A stretch of DNA of 61,127 nt, filler included, from 8 parts of 8 records of this genome joined end to end with filler, not necessarily neighbours in it, one strand, 5' to 3'. Counted from the first letter of the whole stretch, positions 39,618-49,269 are shown. Notes: generated from the letters alone by a model not told the origin. Translations and numbers: made by a program.

Positions 39618-42600
39618 TAGGGGAATTGACGCGCTACTTCAAAAAGAACTTCTATACCGACAAAGACCGGGAAATCACAGAGGCCTTCGCCCTTTACGAA
39701 AAGGCCCTCTCTAAGGAGGGGGAAGAGTCCCTTGCCATGAAAGACCGGGCCCGTCACACTCTGGAGTCCCAGCTGGTGGAAAGCGGTCAGGCCGAACCCG
39801 AGAGCGTCTACCTGAACCCCGATGAATTCTTTCCTTCGGGCCGCCGTGACGATGACAAGATCGATGATTTCCGCAGGGCAATGACCTGCGGGCACAGCGG
39901 CCAGCAGATGCTCTGGTCCTTTGCCGGCACCACCGGGGCCATGACCATATTAACGGAGAAGCATCTGGAATCTATGGGGCGCAGCCTGGATGACCTGAAA
40001 CCCGCCGGCATGCTCCGCAAAGAGAGGGCAAAGAAGAACAAGAGGCCCCCCGCCGGAACGGTCCGGCTTTACCTCTACGGAGACGGCACGTCCAGCGAGG
40101 TCTACGACAAGGAAAAGGCCAGGCTCCGCTTCGACAGGATGAAGGACAACAGCGGCCATGACTGGTCAATGAAAGGCTACGATCCGAACTACAGGGTTGA
40201 AAAAAAAGGCTGGTTTTCGGCCCTGGACAAGGACGGTCAGTGGGTCCGGGTGGATGAAGAGCGGCCCGGTGATGAAAGCGTAAAAGCCGAAGAGGCGGGG
40301 CCTGCTAAAGAGATCAGGTTGATCCACACCCTGGATGGTCCCCTTGTGATGGACCTGAGCCTGCTTCTCTCCCGTGAGGAAGAGGAGTACTACTATTCCA
40401 TGGACGGAGAGCTCTACGGGGGAGTGAAGAACGACACAGAGGCCAATCGCAAAGCCCTGGAGGAGACATTGGCGGGAGAAAAACCCGTTGGGGTCATCAT
40501 CCCTAAGCGAATGTCCAAGGAAGACAAAGATGCGTACAAGAAACATTTCGGGAATAAAATCCGATTTTACGAAGAGGGGAGCCTGGAGACGGCAAAGGTT
40601 CTGGAGAAGGATAGTGTTGAGCGCGAGAAGGCTCTTTCTGCCAGTGTAAGCCTGGGAGCCTACGCCCGGCTGAAAAGACGGGGACTGAGTGACAAACAGA
40701 TAAAAGAAGCCCTGAAGACGGAGGGCGGAATGGTCACGGTACCCCTTAATCCTTTTCTCCAAAAAGACCGAAGCCTGATCAGTGAAACCATCAGTCCCGA
40801 GACCGAGGCCTGGCTGGACGAGAAGGGGAGTGAAATAGAGAATCCCCAGGATGTGCTTCCCCTGTTGACGGCGGTGCTGCCTCTCTTGAGCTCGAAGGCG
40901 GGCAGTCCGGAGCTGGATGATCAGGCGGTGCTGGATGAGGCAGTACGGCATGCTGATGGTAAGACAGGTGATATTTCAGAACAGAAGATCACCAGCCGCT
41001 GTACCCTGGCTGAGCTTTGCGAGGGGAACAGGCCTGATACGGCTCCTAAGCTATCAACAAGGAACTACGATTTCTTTAATAGTGGGGAGCTAAAACAGGC
41101 TGCAAAAGACATAGGGTTAAACGAAGGTGAAAGGGCTTCTCTGGCCCAGTCCGTAGAATCATTGAATATGCCTCCTGTGGACAGAAAAAACTTCAACAGG
41201 GCTCTTTCTCGCAGCCTCTCCGACTACCGTGCCGTACAGATGAGCACGGGCATGACCGTGGGCGATTTGGTCCGTTCTGTTGATTCCATAGCCATGAAAA
41301 GGCCCGATGCCAAGAGGATAGGGGCAAAGGACGTCTACTACGAACAGACCTTGGGGGATATTTTTTCAGTAGCCTCAACCATGCCTTTGATGACAAGAGA
41401 TATTAGCAAAGAGGAGCTTTATAAGCCTCTGGCTGTAAGTCCTGTTCAGGCGGTAAACGAACAAACAACAGCTGTTAATAATCCCGAAACGGTCCTGGCC
41501 TTAACCGATGAGCTTCTTTCTATCCTGGAGGAGGCGGCTCCCGGAGTAAGCGCCACACCCGATGAGGAGCAGCTGCTTAGACTGGATGAGAACTACAAGG
41601 AGGCGGGAATCCCAGAGGAAACCAGGAAAGAGGCCCTTGCCCGCTGGGAAGAGGCTTCCTTCGCTCCCGGCGAGTTTGAATCGATAGCTTCCCGGCTCAG
41701 GAGTTCCCTTGAAACTCTAGACAGCGAGAATACAGCTTATCCTGTAGCTTCAACAGAGTCACAGACCCCCGAAACCATCATCAACAACCAAAGGCAGGCC
41801 ATCTCCTATGAAAACCAGACCATAGAGACTCTTGCTGATGGTTTCTACAAGGAAACAGAAGGTAAAAAGACCCATGTCCTTCCCAGAGAGGAGCTTTTAC
41901 CGTTTATTGCAGCAGCATCGGCGGGCAACTGGGACTCAGTACCCAAATCCTACAGGGCCCCTATCAGAAACAGCATAAGCCGCTACAGCGGCTCTGCGTC
42001 TTCTCTGGTCGTTAGTGACTTGCTGCCTCCATCGGTCAGCCCGCAGACAAGGTTTGGGGGAATAAACAGAACAATTCCTGTCTCTCAGGATATGAGCCAG
42101 TCTAAGGGTTATGGAAACCTGGGTTATCGTTACAATGCAAACAGCCGCCGTTTGGAAGCCTTGAAACCGGAAGCCAGAGGGACGGTTGCCGAAGGGCTGA
42201 GCAGTCCCCAGATTATGATGGCTCAGATGGCAGAAGCATCTGTCCCATTACCAGGAAACAAAACCCCGGCAACAAAGAGATCCGGAGGACAGCCTCAGAA
42301 AGCGGAGGCTTCCCTGAAAGCTGCTAATGAAATTAAGGGCAAGCCCGGCCCTGCAGTGTTTACACCGCCAAAGAGATTGTCGCTGCATAATACGGGGACA
42401 ATGGGAAGCTCTTTGAATAATACAACAGGTCCAGCTCCTATCAGGGCGGAATCATCGCAGCCAGCTATGGGCAGCTACAACCCCGCCACGTTTACCCATA
42501 CAGGTGTACCGGGAAGACGGGGGGCCGGTATAGGGCAGGTATCGGCAGGACAAATGCCGGCAAGGCAGATTCCTGGCATGCCTTCTTTTCCCCAGGGACA

Positions 42601-42829
42601 AACTACTCCTACTCAAGGAATGTCACCCCAGCCGGAGCTAAGCCGCATGGACCGGATAAATATGAACTATAACGCCGACAAGGCAGCATTAGGAGAAGGC
42701 GACCAGAGGATGCTGGCCAAGACCCAGAGCCATTCTGTGGGGCATGCCGGGGGGAGTGGCAGTCAGAGGAAGAGTGTAAAGACTCTTTTAGTTAGCGATG
42801 TTCTTGATGATGTAAATAGAGGGGTTTAA
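39614..42829 (+). CDS. Large hypothetical protein (1071 aa) in the tape-measure position
   Basis: GGGAG RBS, ATGA coupling, charged/helical body and P/Q/G/S-rich C-terminus; no family recognised. Confidence 0.75.
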   Translation: MIGELTRYFKKNFYTDKDREITEAFALYEKALSKEGEESLAMKDRARHTLESQLVESGQAEPESVYLNPDEFFPSGRRDDDKIDDFRRAMTCGHSGQQMLWSFAGTTGAMTILTEKHLESMGRSLDDLKPAGMLRKERAKKNKRPPAGTVRLYLYGDGTSSEVYDKEKARLRFDRMKDNSGHDWSMKGYDPNYRVEKKGWFSALDKDGQWVRVDEERPGDESVKAEEAGPAKEIRLIHTLDGPLVMDLSLLLSREEEEYYYSMDGELYGGVKNDTEANRKALEETLAGEKPVGVIIPKRMSKEDKDAYKKHFGNKIRFYEEGSLETAKVLEKDSVEREKALSASVSLGAYARLKRRGLSDKQIKEALKTEGGMVTVPLNPFLQKDRSLISETISPETEAWLDEKGSEIENPQDVLPLLTAVLPLLSSKAGSPELDDQAVLDEAVRHADGKTGDISEQKITSRCTLAELCEGNRPDTAPKLSTRNYDFFNSGELKQAAKDIGLNEGERASLAQSVESLNMPPVDRKNFNRALSRSLSDYRAVQMSTGMTVGDLVRSVDSIAMKRPDAKRIGAKDVYYEQTLGDIFSVASTMPLMTRDISKEELYKPLAVSPVQAVNEQTTAVNNPETVLALTDELLSILEEAAPGVSATPDEEQLLRLDENYKEAGIPEETRKEALARWEEASFAPGEFESIASRLRSSLETLDSENTAYPVASTESQTPETIINNQRQAISYENQTIETLADGFYKETEGKKTHVLPREELLPFIAAASAGNWDSVPKSYRAPIRNSISRYSGSASSLVVSDLLPPSVSPQTRFGGINRTIPVSQDMSQSKGYGNLGYRYNANSRRLEALKPEARGTVAEGLSSPQIMMAQMAEASVPLPGNKTPATKRSGGQPQKAEASLKAANEIKGKPGPAVFTPPKRLSLHNTGTMGSSLNNTTGPAPIRAESSQPAMGSYNPATFTHTGVPGRRGAGIGQVSAGQMPARQIPGMPSFPQGQTTPTQGMSPQPELSRMDRINMNYNADKAALGEGDQRMLAKTQSHSVGHAGGSGSQRKSVKTLLVSDVLDDVNRGV

Positions 42830-42831
42830 GG

Positions 42832-43653
42832 GTGAGTGGACAGGAAGAAGTAACATATCCCAAGTACGTGAAGTTAACACGCTTGCTCAATTTAGCGAAT
42901 AACTTCTATCGGAGGGTGACAGATCGGTCAGAAAACATTCAATCCAGGATGCAAAACCCAGACTATGAGTTAAGAAGCGAAAATCTGGTAACCTCCTATG
43001 AAGCAGAAAAAAAAGAACTTGACCTTATACAACCGTTGGATAGTTCCTTGGTCAATCTTTTTTTAATGACATATGGAAGAGATCTCTCTGATGTGAGAAT
43101 CCATACCGGTCCCTATGCCCATGAGATTACTCATAAAGCAGGAGCGGAGGCCCTGACTTCAGGAAATGATATTTATTTCTCTTCCGGAAGCTATGCACCC
43201 CATACAGAAGAGGGAGAAGCTCTTCTATTACATGAAGTGGAGCATGTAAATCAGAACCAGAAAGGACAACCTTTGGCCTATCGAGAAGATGTGGAAAGGG
43301 CCGAAAGAGAGGCCTATAGTCGGGAAGGTTTGAAAGGACTAAACCTGGAGGGAAGTGAGCATTTCGAGAGATGGACGCAAGATGACATTCTTTTCAAGAA
43401 CAAGGAACTGGGCGGCGGTCTGGATACAGTAGAGAAAGATTTAGAAGATTACACGAACGCCGATCCCATTGAGATTTATCGATATATTAGCAATTCCGGT
43501 AGGACTCACGAGTTGACGAAGGATGAATACTGGGAGTGTATCGCGGAAATAAAAGAAAAGCTGAAGGATCTCTTTGAGGAAAAAATGATGTATGGCACAG
43601 AAGAAGAAAGAGTCAGTACCGCCCATCAAATCGTGAAGTTATTTGAAAGATAG
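42832..43653 (+). CDS. DUF4157 (eCIS-associated) domain protein with HExxH
   Basis: YGRDLSDVRIHTG..AGAEALTSGNDIYF..YAPHTEEGEALLLHEVEHVNQ; GTG start after AGAGGGG. Confidence 0.85.
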   Translation: MSGQEEVTYPKYVKLTRLLNLANNFYRRVTDRSENIQSRMQNPDYELRSENLVTSYEAEKKELDLIQPLDSSLVNLFLMTYGRDLSDVRIHTGPYAHEITHKAGAEALTSGNDIYFSSGSYAPHTEEGEALLLHEVEHVNQNQKGQPLAYREDVERAEREAYSREGLKGLNLEGSEHFERWTQDDILFKNKELGGGLDTVEKDLEDYTNADPIEIYRYISNSGRTHELTKDEYWECIAEIKEKLKDLFEEKMMYGTEEERVSTAHQIVKLFER

Positions 43654-43664
43654 GGAGTCAGTTA

Positions 43665-43904
43665 ATGCTTGACGGATATTCAAGGTTAGATATTCAAATG
43701 ATGATGGTGAGTGCTATACAGGCTCTTCAGGATGTCTTGGATGGCAATCGTCCCGGAAGATTTGAAGAAAGCGCATTAAGGGAAATAAAGAATATTGCGG
43801 ACAGTTTTGATAAAAATGAATTAAACGCGTTTATAAAAGAATCTGAATCATATGATAATGATCAGCTAAAGAATATTCTGAATCTATGCAAAACGTGGAT
43901 GTCT
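43665..43904 (+). CDS. Hypothetical protein (truncated)
   Basis: GGGAG RBS; open to contig end. Confidence 0.6.
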
Positions 43905-44004
43905 NNNNNNNNNNNNNNNNNNNNNNNNNNNNNNNNNNNNNNNNNNNNTTAATTAATTAANNNNNNNNNNNNNNNNNNNNNNNNNNNNNNNNNNNNNNNN
44001 NNNN
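43905..44004. other. Artificial contig spacer
   Basis: N-run with TTAATTAATTAA. Confidence 0.98.
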
Positions 44005-44142
44005 GAATAATTCTCAAATTTCATTTAATAAATTTTGCCGCAAAGATAGCCAAACGGATTGATAAGCGGTTGGAAAGTTGAAAGAGATTGATTTATTGTT
44101 TATTATGGAATAAATTTAGTCATTTTCTTCATCCATCATCCT

Positions 44143-44556
44143 TTACAAAGTAGCCCATATGCGGGCCAGGGAAAACCCCGGAGCCTGAATGTTTAAATCC
44201 AAAAAATAACCAAAAGGTGTTTGGGCAGTTTTAAAATCAGCATTCTGTAGTCGTTTCTCAGCCAAATCGAACAATTCTTTTGTAAACTCAATTGATGCTT
44301 TTGATTCAGATAAATGAGCAAACGAATGGAGGATCACACTTTTACAATCATTTTTTCTTGCTGTCCATTTTAAATGGTTGACCAATTTTTTTTCACGACT
44401 TTTCACATCTTTTGCTTCATCACTTTCCTCTACCTGGATAAATGCCAGTATCGAATTGGAAAAAGATGTACCTTCCGTTATATCTTTTGCTGTATCCAGG
44501 TTCTTTTGTGCCGGTTTATACGAAAACTCATCAACATACATTACCAATACCTTCAT
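44143..44556 (-). CDS. Stand-alone archaeal-type threonyl-tRNA synthetase editing domain protein
   Basis: 137 aa; FIQVEESDE, ILHSFAHLS (archaeal YP[F/Y]AHLS) and TPFGYF (archaeal APFGYY) motifs. Confidence 0.8.
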   Translation of the reverse strand: MKVLVMYVDEFSYKPAQKNLDTAKDITEGTSFSNSILAFIQVEESDEAKDVKSREKKLVNHLKWTARKNDCKSVILHSFAHLSESKASIEFTKELFDLAEKRLQNADFKTAQTPFGYFLDLNIQAPGFSLARIWATL

Positions 44557-44572
44557 GCTTTTTCTTTTTCGA

Positions 44573-44580
44573 CAAATATA
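44573..44580 (-). promoter_or_regulatory. Bacteroidota-type -7 promoter element
   Basis: Minus strand TATATTTG (TAnnTTTG) just upstream of ATG 44556. Confidence 0.5.
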
Positions 44581-44599
44581 GCATGTTCAATGAATGAAA

Positions 44600-45073
44600 T
44601 CACTTTTTGGCGGCATTGGCCAATAATTCTTCAGCAAGAGCGGTGGCCCATTTGCAAAGATCGTTTATTTGCTCTTTGGTTAGCCGGGCATCGGAATGTA
44701 TAAAACGATACGATTTGAGAGGCATAGTTTTTCGTTCGGTTTCCTGGCAGATCTCTTCCAGAATGGTAATCTTTTGGAATATATCCATTTGGCTCCAGAC
44801 AGATACATTTAATTCTTTTTTGCCTTCAACTATGTGCTTATCAGTCATCCACGAGATTGGGGCTACTTTATTATACCACCTATAATGGGTATAATCAGAA
44901 TGGCAATCAAGACACGCTTTTACTAATATTTTCTTGATATGCTGTGGTACCTTTTCTTGAGAGAATAAGTGAGAATTTCCAGCCTTTTCCAGATTCTTCT
45001 CTGGTTGAATAAATTGGATACAAGCCAAGGCAAGTAGCAGAATGAAAACCAATAGCCTAAAAATATTTCGCAT
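44600..45073 (-). CDS. Haem-binding domain protein (monohaem cytochrome c)
   Basis: N-terminal TM, CLDCH, WY..VAPISW, MP candidate distal ligand. Confidence 0.85.
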   Translation of the reverse strand: MRNIFRLLVFILLLALACIQFIQPEKNLEKAGNSHLFSQEKVPQHIKKILVKACLDCHSDYTHYRWYNKVAPISWMTDKHIVEGKKELNVSVWSQMDIFQKITILEEICQETERKTMPLKSYRFIHSDARLTKEQINDLCKWATALAEELLANAAKK

Positions 45074-45074
45074 A

Positions 45075-45455
45075 TTACATTCCTTTGACTATAGCCTCCG
45101 CTTCCTTTTTCGACCAATCGAGTAAGAGTTTTTTTTCCTCCTCATTCAGTGCTTTGTCGGGATACTTTTGTGAAAATTTCTTTGGAGGCATTTCATTTTC
45201 TTTAATAACATCCCCAATTTCTTTGTAAGCACTAATTTTTTTAATTTTTGTTAGTGAACCCAGTTTTTTAAAATCAAGTGCTTCTTTACCATCTTCGTTT
45301 TTGGAATCGGTATTATGACAGCCAAAGCAAGACTTGTCAACAGCAGCTTTTACGTTTTCAGGCATTTTAACTTTTTTCTCAGGATCATTGGTGGCTAGAG
45401 CAACTAAACTAATCAGAAAAAAGAAAGCAACGAATACCGGTAGCGATTTTTTCAT
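45075..45455 (-). CDS. Haem-binding domain protein (monohaem cytochrome c), exported
   Basis: Signal peptide, CFGCH, EMPP. Confidence 0.8.
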   Translation of the reverse strand: MKKSLPVFVAFFFLISLVALATNDPEKKVKMPENVKAAVDKSCFGCHNTDSKNEDGKEALDFKKLGSLTKIKKISAYKEIGDVIKENEMPPKKFSQKYPDKALNEEEKKLLLDWSKKEAEAIVKGM

Positions 45456-45602
45456 AACATTTTAATTTTTAGATTTATAAGTTTTGAATTAAAAAACAGG
45501 TAGTTCTGCTTTTTATGAAAATTATACTGATTTATTTTTTTGAATAAAATTTACGTAATTTACGGTCAAAATAAAAATTTACGATACGTAAGTAGAAGTA
45601 AG

Positions 45603-47777
45603 ATGCGCAAATCAATAAAGTTATTTTTTATTCTTTTTTTAATCCACACTTTTGCCCAGGCACAGATTTCTGAAGGTGGATTTCCCATGCAGGTTATTTC
45701 CTTGAAAAGTTTAAAAAAAAATATGGTGGAAATGCCAGAGCTACTACAAAGTGTAATAGATGCTGCTATTGAAAAGAACAATGATAAGCAACTGAAATCG
45801 CTCACTTTCGCACATGCATTTGAAGTCAACATAAATCCTTCCAATTCGGGACAGTGGTATACAACCAATTCGGGGTATAATGTTTGGAAACTTTCAATTG
45901 CTTCAAAAAATGCTTATTCCATAAATCTCATCTTTAATGATTTTGAACTACCCGAAGGTAGTCGTCTGTTTATCTATAACGAAGAAAACAATCATTATCT
46001 GGGAGCTTTTACTTCTGGCAATAATAAAAAATCAAGGAAATTTGCTGTAGCTCCGGTGGCCGGTGATGAGTTAACCGTTCAGTACGAAATTCCGGAAGAG
46101 CTGGGGACACCTTCCGATTTTGAAATAGTTCGGGTGAATCATGACTTTATGGGGATATTGAAAACCTACCGAAGACCTTTGGGAATTTCGGGGGATTGTA
46201 ATGTCGATGTAAATTGTGAGATTGGATATAAATGGGAAGAGCTTAAAAACTCTGTGTGCCGATTGTTTGTGAATGGTGAGGAAGCATGCACAGGTACGCT
46301 TGTAAATAATACTGCTGAAGATCAAAAACCCTATGTTTTATCTGCCTGGCATTGTTATGACGAATGGGATTACGCGGAAACTACTGTTTTTACATTTAAT
46401 TACGAGAGTCCGTATTGCGCTCCGTTGGATGGAGATCCGGTAAATTCATTATCGGGAGCGGTTATGAAAGCTCATTTTGATAGTCTTGATTTTGCATTGG
46501 TTGAAATGAGTGTTATGCCCCCTCCTGATTTCAGACCTTATTATGCTGGTTGGGACAGATCAGCAGGTTTGCCTGATTCATCAATTAGTATTCATCATCC
46601 ACTTGGTGATATTAAAAAGATAACATTTGATAATGATGAGGCAGCCTATGCGACATATACTTCTGCGTCTATAAATAATCCAACAAATGGATCATTTAAA
46701 ATTTATGAATGGGATGATGGGGTTACAGAGGCAGGATCGTCAGGAGGTCCGCTTTTTAATACGAGTGATAATGTGATTGGAACTCTAACCGGGGGAAGGG
46801 CTAGCTGTGGTTATCCTTACGATGATTATTATTCGCGTTTTGCCATGCAGTGGGATTATAGCGATGATACAACAAAACAGCTGAAACACTGGCTCGATCC
46901 AACAAATTCGGGTGTAAGCAGTCTAAGTGGAAACCAATTTAATGAAGGAGAAGACTTGTGTAAAGCATTTACAAATTTATCAGATGTAGACGAACATGGA
47001 AATATTGTAATAACGGTATCGGGAGAGAGTAAAGGCTATTGGGGCGGATCGAACTCGGTAGGAATTGATGAGGTTGTCGAGAAATTTTCTATTCCCGGAA
47101 ATGAGGTGTTAGATGGGGTATCGTTTGGTGTTGGGAAATTGGAAACAAGTACAAACCATACCAAAATAACGGTAAATGTATATAATGGCAGCTCGGAACC
47201 CGAAGATTTAATTTACAGTAAGGTTGTTGACGTAAGAAATTGGGCCGACGATGCAATGAATTATGTTTCATTTGATGAGCTTGTGGAACCTGCCGACACC
47301 TTTTTTGTAGGTTTCGGATTAGATGGCTCCCAAGTTGCCGATTCGTTTGTGGTTTATCAGTCGCTACGTCAAAGCGAAGGATTATCCAATTATTTTTATT
47401 TTAAAAGGGATGGTAGCTGGTATAATTTTGCAGAATCGAATACGGAAAATTATACCATGGTAAATGTGATGGAATTAGTGGCCTGTAATTGTGATATAAT
47501 AACAGATACTCCTAATATTGCCGAACCGGCAGAGACTGTATGGATTTATCCGAATCCAACCCGCCAAACCTTAATAGTTGAATCGGATGAAAGTATTTAT
47601 CCGGAAAGTGTAAAAGTGTTTAATTTGATTGGACAAGAGGTTGATGTTAGATTGGAAGAGGTTGATGAATACAGGATAAAAGTGAATTTGCAGGGACAAA
47701 CTACAGGTGTTTATTTTGTCCGTTTTAAATATGAGGATTCGTTTGTGAGTCGGAAGTTCTCTTATTTGAGTGAGTAA
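45603..47777 (+). CDS. Lysyl-endopeptidase-like trypsin-fold serine protease with T9SS type A domain
   Basis: Signal peptide from ATG 45603; CTGTLVNN, SAWHC, DFALV, IHHP.GD.KK, GSSGGPL; C-terminal IYPNP..GVYFVR. Confidence 0.87.
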   Translation: MRKSIKLFFILFLIHTFAQAQISEGGFPMQVISLKSLKKNMVEMPELLQSVIDAAIEKNNDKQLKSLTFAHAFEVNINPSNSGQWYTTNSGYNVWKLSIASKNAYSINLIFNDFELPEGSRLFIYNEENNHYLGAFTSGNNKKSRKFAVAPVAGDELTVQYEIPEELGTPSDFEIVRVNHDFMGILKTYRRPLGISGDCNVDVNCEIGYKWEELKNSVCRLFVNGEEACTGTLVNNTAEDQKPYVLSAWHCYDEWDYAETTVFTFNYESPYCAPLDGDPVNSLSGAVMKAHFDSLDFALVEMSVMPPPDFRPYYAGWDRSAGLPDSSISIHHPLGDIKKITFDNDEAAYATYTSASINNPTNGSFKIYEWDDGVTEAGSSGGPLFNTSDNVIGTLTGGRASCGYPYDDYYSRFAMQWDYSDDTTKQLKHWLDPTNSGVSSLSGNQFNEGEDLCKAFTNLSDVDEHGNIVITVSGESKGYWGGSNSVGIDEVVEKFSIPGNEVLDGVSFGVGKLETSTNHTKITVNVYNGSSEPEDLIYSKVVDVRNWADDAMNYVSFDELVEPADTFFVGFGLDGSQVADSFVVYQSLRQSEGLSNYFYFKRDGSWYNFAESNTENYTMVNVMELVACNCDIITDTPNIAEPAETVWIYPNPTRQTLIVESDESIYPESVKVFNLIGQEVDVRLEEVDEYRIKVNLQGQTTGVYFVRFKYEDSFVSRKFSYLSE

Positions 47778-47850
47778 AATAGTAGCTTTACGCTTCGTTA
47801 TTTTACCCCGGAACCACCAACTATTCATTTAAATTTAGAAAAAGAATAAG

Positions 47851-48324
47851 CTAATCTTTTGGAAAAGGGAGAGAAGAATGGTGAAGATTTATTTTTATCT
47901 TATTTTCTGCATTACGGAAGCAGCCCATGGTAAATTCTACTTTTGTATCCTGGCTCTGTAAATCAGTAAAAAAATAATTACCCATACATATCGTCTGTTG
48001 GGAGGTAAAAATAAAACCCACATTTTCAAACCGTACCTTAGTCCAGGGCTGAAGTGCAAATCCCATGTCTTCAGGGTAGTTCTTATTATTTCCTATAAAA
48101 TAGGAAATTGCACTTTCCGCACTTAAACGGAACTGAATATCACGTGCTTTGGTGGGTTTAAACATTACTTGACCTTCGCTGTACCCGTAAAAATTCTGAA
48201 CCAATTGTTTTGCAGTTTCAGCAACCGCTTCACCGTTAAGGTGCAATCTTCCTATTTTAACAACTTCGTTACCCCATGCTTTCTGAAAAGTAATAAAGTC
48301 TTCTTTTGTTATGTTTGACTTCAT
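47851..48324 (-). CDS. COG4337-like iota-class carbonic anhydrase
   Basis: QKAWG, YGY..VMFKPT, SYFIG..YPEDMGFALQPW, MGNYFFTD, terminal HHSSLPF. Confidence 0.75.
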   Translation of the reverse strand: MKSNITKEDFITFQKAWGNEVVKIGRLHLNGEAVAETAKQLVQNFYGYSEGQVMFKPTKARDIQFRLSAESAISYFIGNNKNYPEDMGFALQPWTKVRFENVGFIFTSQQTICMGNYFFTDLQSQDTKVEFTMGCFRNAENKIKINLHHSSLPFPKD

Positions 48325-48416
48325 GTGGCTTTAAATTAAGTGTTTAAGATACATAAAAGCATGATATTTTCCGTTATCACTAATTATGTTTCACAAAACA
48401 ACAGGAATAAAAAAAC

Positions 48417-49169
48417 TTAGTTCAAATGTTGGGAGATTATTTTTTGAAGTTGCTTAATGGTTAATTTTTTTGAGATAATCTTTTTTTGTTCATCAAGTAC
48501 ATAAACTCCAGGTGTTTTTCGGCCATCATACTTTATTTTAAATCGCGAAACATGGTCTTTATCCCAAACATTAATCCATTCAAACATATTGTGTTTGGAC
48601 AAAAATTCCCCCCATTCTTCTTTTTTATCCATGGAGTAAATGGCATAAACCGTAAGTCCAAGATCTTTGTTGGGCAGAAAAACTTTTTTATAAAACTGAG
48701 GCACAAATGTTTTACAATGCGAACAATGAGGCTCATAAATTAGTAAAACTGTTAGCTTCGATTCTATTTGGTGAAGATTGATAAACTCACCATCGAAGCT
48801 CTCTAATGTGAGGTCAGGAGCAGTTTTGCCTATCAAATTATCTTTCATAAACATTACATTCTCCCGTATCTTTTCTAATGATTCTTCTGAAGCCCAAAAC
48901 GCTTCCCCATTTAAATAGAAATCGTTGGCAAGGTCTACGAATAGTGCATCCATACCCAGTATTTTACTGTTAATGCTGCTGTTTAAGAAAAATGATGTGG
49001 CAAACTGAAAAATTCTTTTGTTTGATTTTACTTTATTCAAAAAAGTGTAAACATAAGGCTTTACCGAATCGTAGGCAGGGTAAAGTACTTTGTTAAACCA
49101 GGTTTCGAGTTTGGGTTTGTAAAACGGAGTATATAAATATCTTTCGTCGGTATAATCAAAATAATCCCA
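48417..49169 (-). CDS. TlpA/AhpC-TSA thioredoxin-like protein (DUF5106-type; N-terminus truncated)
   Basis: LIGKTAPDL, CSHC (CxxC), TPGVYVLD; frame continues upstream of the tracked start to the contig end (WDYFDYTDERYLYTPFY). Confidence 0.8.
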   Translation of the reverse strand, partial: WDYFDYTDERYLYTPFYKPKLETWFNKVLYPAYDSVKPYVYTFLNKVKSNKRIFQFATSFFLNSSINSKILGMDALFVDLANDFYLNGEAFWASEESLEKIRENVMFMKDNLIGKTAPDLTLESFDGEFINLHQIESKLTVLLIYEPHCSHCKTFVPQFYKKVFLPNKDLGLTVYAIYSMDKKEEWGEFLSKHNMFEWINVWDKDHVSRFKIKYDGRKTPGVYVLDEQKKIISKKLTIKQLQKIISQHLN

Positions 49170-49269
49170 NNNNNNNNNNNNNNNNNNNNNNNNNNNNNNN
49201 NNNNNNNNNNNNNTTAATTAATTAANNNNNNNNNNNNNNNNNNNNNNNNNNNNNNNNNNNNNNNNNNNN
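49170..49269. other. Artificial contig spacer
   Basis: N-run with TTAATTAATTAA. Confidence 0.98.

Noticed and set aside
40166-40951. 261-aa minus-strand ORF
   Set aside because: Lies wholly inside the 1071-aa gene in a GC-rich segment; no recognisable motif.
42815-42834. Second -1 frameshift fusing the 1071-aa ORF to the DUF4157 ORF
   Set aside because: The offset is -1, but there is no in-frame slippery heptamer and the GTG has its own AGAGGGG RBS.
29612-43904. R-M system plus CIS-like operon as one defence island
   Set aside because: They are on different contigs separated by the spacer at 37766-37865.
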